The notes beneath the pieces are model-generated. The model had not been told where the DNA came from and searched no databases. It saw only the letters and a program-made list of their open reading frames with translations. A stretch of DNA of 55,595 bases from a virus (Duplodnaviria; Caudoviricetes): positions 1 to 55,595 of the IMG/VR virus record IMGVR_UViG_3300032246_001883; one strand, written 5' to 3'. The stretch's first letter is position 1. Every line of letters starts with the position of its first letter. Shown one piece after another: positions 1-10,416 of the stretch. The position numbers and the translations under genes were made by a program.

Positions 1-26
1 CATTTTTTTATTTTAAAGTTATTAAG

Positions 27-34
27 TATTTATA
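27..34 (-). promoter_or_regulatory. T4-type late promoter TATAAATA for the gene starting at position 3 (runs off the window)
   Basis: Exact TATAAATA on the minus strand about 24 nt upstream of an ATG (cat at 1-3). Confidence 0.7.
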
Positions 35-43
35 ACTGTTCAA

Positions 44-3000
44 TTATGAAGAACTTGTTGAGATATTTGTGTTAGGGAATGCTCTGCCAGCACCCCAAAC
101 AATTCGAATACCACCCGATCCAGGTTGGACTTTGATAGTTGTATCATAATCATATGCATATGATCCGTTCCACCAACCTCCTCCTCCAGATCCATAATAT
201 TTACGGCTATCATCTGGACCATAAAGGCTAGATCCGGTACCTCTTCCACCGGCGCCCGTGAAGTTTTCTTGACCAGCGATTACGAATGAAGCACCAGTTC
301 CTCCTGTACTATTATTAGCGCCGGTAGTACCAGCAATGCCAGCACCAGAAACAACACCATCGCCGCCGGAACCGCCGGTGCCATAATATGTACCCGCAGC
401 ACCACCGCCGGATCCTCCGGTATTTAATCTATTAGTCATGTTGCCACCAGAACCGCCATCGCCACCAGCATAAATAAACCTATCAATGGCACCGCCGGAT
501 CCACCAATACCTATTGTATCTGAAGTAAACGTTGAATATCTGCCAGAATATGCCTCTAATAGTGGTGTACCGTATACACCGTTACGGTATATACCACAGA
601 CGCTTCCGTAGTAATCCATTCTCAAAGTTAGAACTTCTCCTGGTGTAACAGAAATATTATTTCTGTAAGCGAGGCCGCCGCCGCCACCGCCAGGTGCACC
701 ATATTTGTTAATATACACACCATAATCTGGGTCATCAGAATATGTCTGGCTGTTCGTACCACTACTTGCACCTCCATGAGCTATTACAACAGCACTTATG
801 CTAGTAATAAATCCTGGCACTTTAAATGTTGTAGTATAATAACCGACGCTAGGAGTATACAAATAATCACCTGGTGAAGCACTTGCAGTTGTAAAGCTAA
901 AACTATATGCACTGCTATCAACAAATAATCTATCAGTATATGCTCCAGCAGGAATTGAAAGATAATAAGTTGTATTTTCAGACATTGCAGGATAATTACT
1001 AATACTTACGTTCCTATTAGTAGATGGAACACTGCCAGTTGCAAATACAGTTCCTCCTAAACTACCAGTATATAAAACCCATTTCACAGAAGTATTTGTG
1101 GAATAAGCATCTCTGTTTAAAGAGAGAGTAATTACATCAACACCATTAAATCCAGTTCCGCCATCCAATGGAGATACAGCCGTAAGTGTAAGTGGTCCTT
1201 GATCTATTGTTGTAAAGCTAGAATTAAATGTATCGTTTTTAACATGAAGAATATCAGAGTATGCACCAGGAGGAATTGAAAGATAATATTTTGTGTTTGC
1301 AACCAATCGAGGATAATTATCAATAATTACGGCTCTATCAGTATTTGGATTGCTTGAGTTTTCTGGATCAACATATTTATTATAAACTGAAACATTACCG
1401 GTTGCAAATACAGTTCCTCCTAAACTACCAGTATATAAAACCCATTTCACAGAAGTATTTGTGGAATAAGCATCTTGGCTTAAATTAATTCTAAATGGTA
1501 ATGTAGCACCAAAATCTGTTGAACCATTCGTTGGTCTGGAAGATACAAGAGTTAATGCTCCAAAATATCCCATTGTAAAACTATAATTATAAGCTAAACT
1601 ATTATTACCATAATCATCATAATATTGATTTGCCGGAATTGAAACATAATATTTTGTATTTGAGGTAAATACAGATCCGTTGCTGAGTAAATTTATGGGA
1701 AAGTTTAAATTTAAACCTGTACCGTCCTGTCGTGTTGGTGTAGTATTAGCATATATTAAATTCCCGCCATTTGCTGCGGTGTTACCTGTGTATATACGAA
1801 TTCCAGTTACAGAAGTATTTGTAAAAAAAGTTCCTCGATTCGGAAGACTAATAGATAAATTAACTCCACTAGTTGCAGTTCCTCCGTCTACTGGATCTAC
1901 CGCTGTGAGTGACACAGGTGAACGAAAAACATTATTATTAATAGATGTTCCACTACTAGTAATCGCCGAGTAATAAATAGGTTGTGCACCGAGCACACCG
2001 CCTGCAGAAATTGGATCTACTGTATAAGGAATGCCGTTTATAGTAGAACTACTTAAATTTGCAGGAGGTATTGTAAAAAGGTTGGATCCTATGGTAATAG
2101 TTTCTGTATAATCTGTACTACCTGCAGGAACAGTATAGTCAGCAACAAATAAATTACCAAACATAGCGTTAGCGTCAATTTTTGTGTTAGATGTAAGAGT
2201 TAAAGTACCTAATGTTCCGCCCGAATTTAATGTAATCACACTTTGATTTACGTTGGAAACTAATGATCCAAATTTATCTATGTATATTTTAAGTACACCG
2301 TTATTTGTTCCTGATTTTCTAGCCATTAAAGCATAAATGCCGATGTTGTTAACGTACCAAATGCGATTAAAATAAATTGGCGAAACAGGAACATTAAATA
2401 TGGTACTACTAATGTCTTGATAAGCTCTTGCAGGAATTGATAATTGAAAAAGATAATCTAGATAATAATATGTATTATTAATAAACATATCTGCATAACG
2501 TACACTAGAAGTAGCAGATGCGATTGTTGTATTATTATTTGTAGTGTATAAGGATGTACTAACCAGCAGTTGCGTAATACCAGGAGAAGGAAAAACAGAT
2601 GAAGTTCTTACAATATCACTTCCAATAAGACCTGCCGTCCCGGTGATGGCAACACCGTTTGCTCCCATATTAATAAGAGAAATTTTAATTCTTCGGTTAC
2701 TTACATTATTGAAAGATGTACCACTCATATTATTTGTAAATTGTCTAACTGAATTACTAAAATTTGGATCAAAAAATGTATAAACAGGATTTGCTTGACT
2801 TGAATAAGACTCAACTCTTAAAGTTGCATAAGGTAAATAAGCACCGGCGAGTGCTTCGGAATAGATAACCGAATTTTTTAGATTGTTAACAACTACTGAA
2901 TTTGCTGGAATATATACTTGTCCTAAGGCACCAGTAAAAGAAAAGTTAGCTTTGTAAAGTGAAGGATCAGTAGTATCTTGTGCAAATGATGAAAGTGCTG

Positions 3001-3262
3001 CTGTATTACCAGTTAAACTTAACATATTGGCTGTGAATTGACTCGTATTAACAGGCTGATTCCATTGTATTAACAACTGTACTTGTTGTCCGGCTACTAT
3101 CTGAGCTCCATCAGCCTTACCGTCATAGTTAGATGTAATCACGGCAGTAGGTGGCACAGCAATTACACGTTCCCATCGAGTTGCTGCTGAATTGTAAATA
3201 TATTGTTTATTACCAAGTAACCTAAGTGTACTATTAGCGGCCGGCGATAAATCATATGACAT
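44..3262 (-). CDS. Tail fibre/adhesin-like virion protein with Ig-like (Big_5/SbsA-like) repeats and a Gly-rich C-terminal domain
   Basis: 1072 aa. Three repeats of the pattern LT/LV..P.(D/N)G...L..NT.YY.SIP.GAY.D....SFT; C-terminus with many GGGGG loops; lies in the fibre cluster. Confidence 0.7.
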   Translation of the reverse strand: MSYDLSPAANSTLRLLGNKQYIYNSAATRWERVIAVPPTAVITSNYDGKADGAQIVAGQQVQLLIQWNQPVNTSQFTANMLSLTGNTAALSSFAQDTTDPSLYKANFSFTGALGQVYIPANSVVVNNLKNSVIYSEALAGAYLPYATLRVESYSSQANPVYTFFDPNFSNSVRQFTNNMSGTSFNNVSNRRIKISLINMGANGVAITGTAGLIGSDIVRTSSVFPSPGITQLLVSTSLYTTNNNTTIASATSSVRYADMFINNTYYYLDYLFQLSIPARAYQDISSTIFNVPVSPIYFNRIWYVNNIGIYALMARKSGTNNGVLKIYIDKFGSLVSNVNQSVITLNSGGTLGTLTLTSNTKIDANAMFGNLFVADYTVPAGSTDYTETITIGSNLFTIPPANLSSSTINGIPYTVDPISAGGVLGAQPIYYSAITSSGTSINNNVFRSPVSLTAVDPVDGGTATSGVNLSISLPNRGTFFTNTSVTGIRIYTGNTAANGGNLIYANTTPTRQDGTGLNLNFPINLLSNGSVFTSNTKYYVSIPANQYYDDYGNNSLAYNYSFTMGYFGALTLVSSRPTNGSTDFGATLPFRINLSQDAYSTNTSVKWVLYTGSLGGTVFATGNVSVYNKYVDPENSSNPNTDRAVIIDNYPRLVANTKYYLSIPPGAYSDILHVKNDTFNSSFTTIDQGPLTLTAVSPLDGGTGFNGVDVITLSLNRDAYSTNTSVKWVLYTGSLGGTVFATGSVPSTNRNVSISNYPAMSENTTYYLSIPAGAYTDRLFVDSSAYSFSFTTASASPGDYLYTPSVGYYTTTFKVPGFITSISAVVIAHGGASSGTNSQTYSDDPDYGVYINKYGAPGGGGGGLAYRNNISVTPGEVLTLRMDYYGSVCGIYRNGVYGTPLLEAYSGRYSTFTSDTIGIGGSGGAIDRFIYAGGDGGSGGNMTNRLNTGGSGGGAAGTYYGTGGSGGDGVVSGAGIAGTTGANNSTGGTGASFVIAGQENFTGAGGRGTGSSLYGPDDSRKYYGSGGGGWWNGSYAYDYDTTIKVQPGSGGIRIVWGAGRAFPNTNISTSSS
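1038..1475. repeat. Exact 75-bp direct repeat (1038-1112 and 1401-1475) within the Ig-like repeats
   Basis: Both copies read gttgcaaatacag...gaataagcatct and encode DAYSTNTSVKWVLYTGSLGGTVFAT; offset 363 nt. Confidence 0.9.
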
Positions 3263-6039
3263 TATGGTCTCCCAAATTCAACCCAGCCAGTATTTGCTAC
3301 ACCATTACCAGCTACAAGATACATTGACCAAATTCCTGTTGACGTATCCAACCACGTATCTCCTTCTATTGCATTTTCTGGTGGTGTTGAAGTTAAAGTC
3401 TTAGTAATCCTAAAAACAGTTCCTGAAGTTAAACTTTTTGATAATAAACAAACAACATCAACAATCTCTCCTCCAAAAATTAGAGTTGATGTATTTAGTG
3501 TAACAGTAGTACCATCATTAGCAATATAATTTAATGGGTTTATCAAAAAACCGTTTACGTAAACAGAAACAAGACCTGGAGTATATGTATTTGCTCCAGG
3601 TAAAGTAAATACGTTTTGGTTTGTTGTTGCTATAAATGAAAAAACATTTTGTGATGAGTTTGAAGAAGCTACGGCTGTTGTTTGTGTTGTTCCGTCTGGA
3701 AATACAAAACCAGTACCAGATGCTTTTACGTTAGAAGATATTAAAGTATTATTAGAACTTACATATTGCAAGTTTGGTGTATTTGATAAGTATCCTGTTG
3801 CATCAGCAAATATGATAGAGTTTGCTTGATAACCAAATGAAGAAGCTATTCCAACGCTTGGTGTTAAAGAAACAACATCAACAACTTCTCCTCCAAAAAA
3901 TTGAGTTGATGTTGTATCAAATACAACAGTATTGCCTGTATTAGCGGTATAAGTTTTTGGATTTGAATAAAATCCATTTATATAAACAGAAATAAGATTT
4001 TGTGTATATGTATTTGAACCTGGTAAAGTAAATGTATTTTGACTTGGTGTTGCTATAAATGAAAAAACATTTTGTAACGTATTTAAACCAACAGATAAGT
4101 TAGATATTCCAGATGAACCGCCTGATATAGCAGTGTTAACAACGCTAGTAACTCTACCATAAGTGTCAACAGTAATTACTGGAACATAACTAGTATTACC
4201 ATAAGTTCCTGCTGTCACTATACCTGGTGATAATCCGGCACCACCAGCTGTTGTTTGTACTGTTCCATCTGGAAATATAAATCCAGTAGTTGATTTTATG
4301 TTAGAAGATATTAAAGTATTATTAGAACTTATAAATTGTAAGTTTGAAGTATTTGATAGGTACCCTGTTGTATTAGCAAATATAATAGAATTAGATAAGT
4401 AACCAGATGCAGATACTCCTCCGCCACCGCCACCACTAACTGTTATAGCAGTATTAACAATATTAGTGATTCTACCATTAGCAGCTACAGTAACTACTGG
4501 AACGTATGTAGAGTTACCATAAGTACCGGATGTTATTATTATATTGGTAACATCATTATTGGCTTGATTATATGCTGATTGTGCTAAGTTGTTTGCTATA
4601 TTTGCTTGATTGAATCCAGCTTGTGCTAAAGTATTGGCTGTATTAGCTTGGTTATATGCTGATTGCGCTAAATTGTTTGCTGTATTGGCTTGGTTAAATG
4701 CACCATTAGCCTGATTAAAACTGGCTTGCGCTAAAGTATTAGCCGTATTTGCTTGGTTAAATCCAGCCTGTGCTAAAGTATTAGCCGTATTGGCTTGAGT
4801 AAATCCAGCTTGTGCTAAAGTATTGGCTGTATTTGCTTGATTGTATGAACCATTGGCTTGATTGTATGCAGCTTGCGCTAAGTTGTTTGCTATATTTGCT
4901 TGATTGAATCCAGCTTGTGCTAAAGTATTAGCCGTATTTGCTTGAATAAATGCACCATTAGCTTGGTTATATGCTGATTGTGCTAAAGTATTAGCCGTAT
5001 TGGCTTGAGTAAATCCAGCTTGTGCTAAAGTATTGGCTGTATTTGCTTGGTTGTATGAACCATTAGCCTGATTAAATCCAGCCTGTGCTAATGTTCTTGC
5101 TATTTGGTCTAAAGATCCTTGTGATGCGGATTGTGCTAAATCATATGCAGCCTGTGCTAAAGTATTAGCCGTATTAGCTTGAATAAATGCAGCAGTACCA
5201 ATTGGTTCGTTATTGGCTTGATTGTATGCTGATTGCGCTAAAGTGTTTGCTGTATTAGCTTGAATAAATGCACTATTAGCCTGATTAAATCCAACCTGTG
5301 CTAGAGTGTTGGCTGTATTAGCTTGGTTATATGCACCATTGGCTTGATTGAATCCAGCCTGTGCTAAAGTATTGGCTGTATTGGCTTGATTGTATGAACC
5401 ATTGGCTTGATTAAAACTGGCTTGTGCTAAAGTGTTTGCTGTATTGGCTTTAGTAAATGCAGCAGTACCAATTGGTTCGTTATTGGCTTGATTGTATGCT
5501 GATTGCGCTAGAGTGTTGACTGCATTAGCTTTATCGTATGCTGATTGTGACAATAATCTTGCATATGGATCTAATGATCCTTGTGTTGCAGAAAGCGCTA
5601 AATCATATGCTGTGTTGGCTTTATCAAAAGCTGAATTTACTTTTGCAGCTGTTGATACAGCCAAATTTGCTGAGTTAGCCGCTAATGATGCAGATGTATT
5701 TGCTGATGCTGCCGAATTTGCAGAATTATTTGCAGCTGTATAAGAGTTTGTTGCTATTATTAATGCACTATTGGCTGTATTTAATGCATTTTGAGCAACA
5801 TCGAGACCAGGACTTGAACCAGGAATATACTGTATACTTTGAACTTGTTGTGGTGTTTGTTGATTTACACCTACACCAACTGTTCCAATAGTAACATTAG
5901 GACTTAAACCTGTGTTGTATTGTATTTTTTGAACTTGTTGGGATGTTTGTTGATTTACGCCTATACTAACCGATCCAACAGTTACATTTGTTGTCGGTGT
6001 TTGATTTACGGTTACAACTATATTTCCAACATCGGCCAT
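3262..6039 (-). CDS. Long fibre/whisker protein with an Ala/Asn/Gln coiled-coil repeat shaft
   Basis: 925 aa. Long ANTANTLAQ(S/A)(A/G)(Y/F)NQ repeat tract, TVD.YGR.T fibre motifs, a duplicated QNVFSFIAT...GGE.VDVV domain and a C-terminal GDTWLDT motif. Confidence 0.7.
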   Translation of the reverse strand: MADVGNIVVTVNQTPTTNVTVGSVSIGVNQQTSQQVQKIQYNTGLSPNVTIGTVGVGVNQQTPQQVQSIQYIPGSSPGLDVAQNALNTANSALIIATNSYTAANNSANSAASANTSASLAANSANLAVSTAAKVNSAFDKANTAYDLALSATQGSLDPYARLLSQSAYDKANAVNTLAQSAYNQANNEPIGTAAFTKANTANTLAQASFNQANGSYNQANTANTLAQAGFNQANGAYNQANTANTLAQVGFNQANSAFIQANTANTLAQSAYNQANNEPIGTAAFIQANTANTLAQAAYDLAQSASQGSLDQIARTLAQAGFNQANGSYNQANTANTLAQAGFTQANTANTLAQSAYNQANGAFIQANTANTLAQAGFNQANIANNLAQAAYNQANGSYNQANTANTLAQAGFTQANTANTLAQAGFNQANTANTLAQASFNQANGAFNQANTANNLAQSAYNQANTANTLAQAGFNQANIANNLAQSAYNQANNDVTNIIITSGTYGNSTYVPVVTVAANGRITNIVNTAITVSGGGGGGVSASGYLSNSIIFANTTGYLSNTSNLQFISSNNTLISSNIKSTTGFIFPDGTVQTTAGGAGLSPGIVTAGTYGNTSYVPVITVDTYGRVTSVVNTAISGGSSGISNLSVGLNTLQNVFSFIATPSQNTFTLPGSNTYTQNLISVYINGFYSNPKTYTANTGNTVVFDTTSTQFFGGEVVDVVSLTPSVGIASSFGYQANSIIFADATGYLSNTPNLQYVSSNNTLISSNVKASGTGFVFPDGTTQTTAVASSNSSQNVFSFIATTNQNVFTLPGANTYTPGLVSVYVNGFLINPLNYIANDGTTVTLNTSTLIFGGEIVDVVCLLSKSLTSGTVFRITKTLTSTPPENAIEGDTWLDTSTGIWSMYLVAGNGVANTGWVEFGRP
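4560..5620 (-). repeat. Coding tandem repeats (21/42-nt units; ANTANTLAQAGFNQ)
   Basis: Roughly twenty near-identical tgtgctaaagtatt(a/g)gc(c/t)gtatt-type units; boundaries approximate. Confidence 0.85.
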
Positions 6040-6398
6040 TACAACATTCCGGCTGTTTTGGTCACCTGAGGAGTTACAGTTACGATGCCTTCTAATACTC
6101 TTATTCTATTATCAGAATTGTTATCTTTAATATAAACATCATAAAGGTATCTTCCAGGAATAATATTTGCTGTATTAGAAGAAGTCATTGACATTGTAAT
6201 CACACCATTAGAAGGATACGTACCAGTTGAAACAGAAAATGTTGCGGCTGCATTAGAAGAATAATAAGATTTTCTCATTTGAGAAGAAGCAGTATATCCA
6301 GTTAAATTCAATAATCCACCACTCACATCATTGAGTGTTAGTGAAGTATTGAAGGTAGCACCTTGCTCTAAAAATAATTCGGTATAACCTGCGGCCAT
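6039..6398 (-). CDS. Small conserved T4-like virion/fibre-associated protein
   Basis: 119 aa with EQGATF...GRYLYDV...RVLEGIVTVTPQVT, a pattern I recognise from fibre clusters of environmental T4-like phages. Confidence 0.65.
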   Translation of the reverse strand: MAAGYTELFLEQGATFNTSLTLNDVSGGLLNLTGYTASSQMRKSYYSSNAAATFSVSTGTYPSNGVITMSMTSSNTANIIPGRYLYDVYIKDNNSDNRIRVLEGIVTVTPQVTKTAGML

Positions 6399-6420
6399 GA
6401 TTTTTTCTAAGTTGTTTTAT

Positions 6421-6427
6421 TATTTAG
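6421..6427 (-). promoter_or_regulatory. Late promoter-like CTAAATA
   Basis: TAAATA core in the short intergenic gap upstream of the 6398 start; the same core recurs before other late genes. Confidence 0.55.
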
Positions 6428-7621
6428 TTAACTGTATGCTATGATAGCAGAACCACCATTGAAGTTTGGTGTTCCGTCACCAGTTAATAATTTTATACGA
6501 TCTAAAGTGCCTGATAATGTTATGGATCCTGATGTATGTTTGATGTAAGCACTAGGAGACGCACTGTATGCAAGAGTATTATAAAGAGTTGAAGTAATAA
6601 CCCAAAGATTACCAGTTAAATTTGAAATAGTTACTATTCCACCAAGTTTTGACGTAGCTAATGCTGCACCATATGAAAGTACGAATGCATTTACTCCTGA
6701 AAATAAGTAAACACTTGATCCAGTATTATTATTAATTCCATGAACTCCTGTGTAACTTCCAGCGGCTGGATATGTCGCACTTGATGATAGTTGAAGGTGT
6801 AGATTTGATCCACTAACCATTGTCAATTCCGATATAATTATTTGAATATTTTTAGCAGTCGATGGTATTCCTGTCCATTCAAAATTATTAACAGTGCCGT
6901 TTGCAGGATTAGCTGAACCTCCATTGACACTTGCGTAAGTTCTATTCAAAACACCACTAGGTAAAATAGCTGAACTTAATGTGCCAGAAATAATATTTGT
7001 TGCATTAGTTGTATCAGTAGTTGCTGAAGTAGCAAGACCAGATACGTTTGCAGTAGTGATTGCTATGCTAGCTTTTCCTAATGAGGTTATTCTACCATAC
7101 TGATCAACTGTAATTGTTGGTATTGTATTTGAACTGCCTGATGATCCGGCTGTTACACCAGAAGTTGGCAATCTCAATGAATTTAATGTACCTGTTAAAA
7201 TATTATTTGCATTGGTAGTATCAGTAGTTGCTGAGGATACTAAGCCAGATACATTTGCAGTAGAAATTGCTATTACAGTATTAGTTAATGACGTTATTCT
7301 GCCATAAGTATCAACAGTAATTGCTGGTACCACAGTTGCGTTACCTGATGATCCGGCTGTTACACCAGAAGTTGGCAACCTTAATACACTTAATGTTCCA
7401 GCAGAAATATTAGCTGCATTAGTTGTATCAGTAGTTGCTGAAGTAGCAAGGCCTGTTATCTGACCAGAACTTAAAGTGATTGTAGAAACTGATACGTTTG
7501 CTGCAGATGTTAATCTTCCTTGACCATCAACAGTAAAGGTGCTTAATGTGTTTGAAGCTCCATAAATTCCTGGTGTTACTGCTGTGTTTGCTAATACTGA
7601 TGGCGTGACTTTTGTTGTCAT
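6428..7621 (-). CDS. Tail fibre protein with three ~69-aa repeats
   Basis: 397 aa. Repeats TVD.YGRITS...SATTDTTNA.NI..GTL...RLP; nucleotide repeat offset 207 nt. Confidence 0.7.
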   Translation of the reverse strand: MTTKVTPSVLANTAVTPGIYGASNTLSTFTVDGQGRLTSAANVSVSTITLSSGQITGLATSATTDTTNAANISAGTLSVLRLPTSGVTAGSSGNATVVPAITVDTYGRITSLTNTVIAISTANVSGLVSSATTDTTNANNILTGTLNSLRLPTSGVTAGSSGSSNTIPTITVDQYGRITSLGKASIAITTANVSGLATSATTDTTNATNIISGTLSSAILPSGVLNRTYASVNGGSANPANGTVNNFEWTGIPSTAKNIQIIISELTMVSGSNLHLQLSSSATYPAAGSYTGVHGINNNTGSSVYLFSGVNAFVLSYGAALATSKLGGIVTISNLTGNLWVITSTLYNTLAYSASPSAYIKHTSGSITLSGTLDRIKLLTGDGTPNFNGGSAIIAYS

Positions 7622-10413
7622 TTAATTTGTCCTTTTAATATTTCAACTTCTTCTTTAAGTTCTTTAATAGCAGCAAATGCCAAAGCACAAAGTTTTTCAT
7701 AATCAACTACTAATGTACCATCATCTTTAATTCTTGTTGCAACAGGAAATACTTGTTTTACATCTTGAGCAATAACACCAAAGTCGGATTTTTGTACAAA
7801 ATATCCATCTTCACCACCATGTTCTTGTATGTATTCATCAGTCCAATCAAATAATTTACCACCAATTGATTCAACTTTATTCAAAGCATTTGGTATATCT
7901 TGAATATTTTCTTTGAATTTTTTATCTGAAGTATAATAAGCAGTAATATTATTAGCAGCACGAATTTCACCAGCTACAGTTGAAGCAGCTGTACCAACAC
8001 CAAGCGCATTCATCTGGAAATTAGCAGATGTAAGTGTTGAATTTGCAGTAGTTGCAAACGCTGCGGTTCCATCAATACTCACACCAGCTAATGAAAGAAC
8101 TCCACTTGATCGGTTAAATAAAACTTGTGTAGTACCAATATAAGCACTTGAATATACAGTAGTCGAAGATGACAGATATGGTAAAGATGGAATATCACCA
8201 GCGACTAACCGACGGAATGATACGCCTGATGTCATGGTGCCGTTACCATCATCACTATCCACAGATGGTGATGCCCAAACATAACCCACTGTACCTGTGC
8301 CAAAAGGACCAGTCAAGTCAACTGGCAGATCAGCTTTTATCATTGGACGGAATAATTGACTGTGTACTTGACCTGAAGTTTGAGTAGCGTAAACTAGATT
8401 TGGTTGAGAAGTCTGTGGATTGATAGAACCGGCTTTTCCTGTGATATTCGTGGTCAAAGTACCTGAATTATTTGCCAAATTTTGAACGTAAGCTGTTGTT
8501 GCAAAAGAAGTATTGGATGTTCCTGCTGCCATCGTTATACCACGAACATCAGCCGAAAATGTAGATACATTTGCGAGGGATGCTTTACGTGATTCTACCG
8601 ATTCTATTGCCAGTTGAATTGTATTTGCTGTTGATGGTATTCCACCAACTGGTGCAGTAAATGGTATATTATTAGCGAAATATGTTTGGCTTAACAAATA
8701 CCCATCAACTTCAATTAAAATTGAATCGCCAATCTGTGGTGCGCTTGAAAAAATAATTGTTGAGTTTGATGTATTTGCTTGATATTGATTTTCAAACTGT
8801 CTTACACCGTTGATGTAGGCTCTTAATTGGTTGTTTTGATTGAATGTAGGTGTAGTAAATTTTGTAGTACTATTATCACCACTATAAGATAATCTTGATG
8901 AAACAATTGTGCTTCCTGGTGTTGCACCACCACCTCCACCGCTGCCACCAGCGGCCCAAGAATAGTTTCCATCGCCACCACTTGACAAGACATATCCAGC
9001 TGCTGGAGTGATACCAGCAGCGGCTTTAATCAAGTTATTGAAAGCTCCTTGAAATGTTTGGCTACCTGTTCCTCCAGAAAACTCTCCTAGTGCCGTACCT
9101 GATAATGTTAATGTACTAAAATTCGGAGTAGCGCTAGTTCTCAAATCTTGTTGTGTGCTTATTGCAAATGTATTTGAACCTGTAGCAACAATCGTTACAC
9201 CGTTATTACTTGAAAGTGTTATACTATTTGATGTATAAAAACCTGATGTTCCAGTAAGTGTTAGACCACCCGCATTTGCTTTATTATAAGCAGCTTGTGC
9301 AAATCTGTTTACTGTATTAACAGAACCTATTGATGCTGCATTTGATGTGCTTGTTGAAGTTGTGTCATTTGATAAAATATCAGATGTTATAAATCTATAA
9401 TAATTATTGTTTGCTACATTTCTGTATTCAAACCAAGCACTAGATTCATTCCAACGAATCTCTGCATTTGTGCCTGATGTTCCTCTATTAACAACTATAC
9501 TAGAATTTAGACCTACAGCTGATCCTGAGTTTAACGTAAATGTTGGTGAATTATAAACTGTAGCTCCATTTAATACAAAATTTCCTTGAACAGTAAATTG
9601 TCCATTTGCATAAAGATTATTAAACTTAGCATCAGCATTTGCTGCCTCTATATTATTAGATACATACAAAATTGCAGTATTGATTGAATTATTAGATTTT
9701 AAGTTATTTGTTATTGTGTTACCACTTAAAGTAATACCATTTGCATCGATAGTTGTGTTAGATTTTAATATGTTTGTAGTTGTTGTTCCGGTAATATTAA
9801 TGTCTGGGCTTATAATATTTACATTTGCTTGTAAATTTTCTGTATATGTTTTACCGTTTACAACAAGGTCTGGTGTTGTAACATTTGTATTAGCTATCAA
9901 TTTATCAGTATATGTGTTTGCACTAACGCTAATTGTTGGAGTATAAATTGAAGTTACAGCTTGCAAAGTTGCTGTGTTAACAGATGTATTTGCTTGTAAT
10001 TTATCTGTAGTGGTGTTAAGTCTAACTGTAAGATTTGAATTGACTGTTGCGCTATTTGCAACATATAAACTAGTGTTTGGTCCTTGTGCAACTAAAAGAC
10101 CATTTATATTTGCTTGACCTGAATTTGTTAGACCTAAAGTTGTATTTGAAAAATAAACTTGCTTTTCAACAGTTAAATTATTTTGTATTGTTGCAGAAGA
10201 ACCAACACCTTGTACCAAAAGTTGTGCAGTAGCAAGAATATCTCCGTTAGCTATTAAAGACTTTTGTGTAGTTTCATTTAAATATAATGTACCAGAATCT
10301 TTTGTATAGTTGGATTTACCTAGTGTATTAACTTCAGTTACAACACCTTGAGTTGAAACAACCCATTCACCAAAAGTGTTTGCGTATGTGATAGTTGAAA
10401 CTGTATTAGCCAT
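7618..10413 (-). CDS. Tail fibre protein with a C-terminal intramolecular chaperone (Peptidase_S74) autocleavage domain
   Basis: 931 aa. C-terminal YTSDKKFKENIQDI...FDW...DFGVIAQDV...VDYEKL...AIKELK is the S74 signature. Confidence 0.85.
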   Translation of the reverse strand: MANTVSTITYANTFGEWVVSTQGVVTEVNTLGKSNYTKDSGTLYLNETTQKSLIANGDILATAQLLVQGVGSSATIQNNLTVEKQVYFSNTTLGLTNSGQANINGLLVAQGPNTSLYVANSATVNSNLTVRLNTTTDKLQANTSVNTATLQAVTSIYTPTISVSANTYTDKLIANTNVTTPDLVVNGKTYTENLQANVNIISPDINITGTTTTNILKSNTTIDANGITLSGNTITNNLKSNNSINTAILYVSNNIEAANADAKFNNLYANGQFTVQGNFVLNGATVYNSPTFTLNSGSAVGLNSSIVVNRGTSGTNAEIRWNESSAWFEYRNVANNNYYRFITSDILSNDTTSTSTSNAASIGSVNTVNRFAQAAYNKANAGGLTLTGTSGFYTSNSITLSSNNGVTIVATGSNTFAISTQQDLRTSATPNFSTLTLSGTALGEFSGGTGSQTFQGAFNNLIKAAAGITPAAGYVLSSGGDGNYSWAAGGSGGGGGATPGSTIVSSRLSYSGDNSTTKFTTPTFNQNNQLRAYINGVRQFENQYQANTSNSTIIFSSAPQIGDSILIEVDGYLLSQTYFANNIPFTAPVGGIPSTANTIQLAIESVESRKASLANVSTFSADVRGITMAAGTSNTSFATTAYVQNLANNSGTLTTNITGKAGSINPQTSQPNLVYATQTSGQVHSQLFRPMIKADLPVDLTGPFGTGTVGYVWASPSVDSDDGNGTMTSGVSFRRLVAGDIPSLPYLSSSTTVYSSAYIGTTQVLFNRSSGVLSLAGVSIDGTAAFATTANSTLTSANFQMNALGVGTAASTVAGEIRAANNITAYYTSDKKFKENIQDIPNALNKVESIGGKLFDWTDEYIQEHGGEDGYFVQKSDFGVIAQDVKQVFPVATRIKDDGTLVVDYEKLCALAFAAIKELKEEVEILKGQIK

Positions 10414-10416
10414 TTT

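Noticed and set aside
1038-1475. Diversity-generating retroelement TR/VR pair
   Set aside because: Copies are identical with no adenine-specific mismatches, both are mid-gene, and no reverse transcriptase is in the window.
4560-5620. CRISPR-like array
   Set aside because: Repeats are contiguous, in-frame coding units with no unique spacers.
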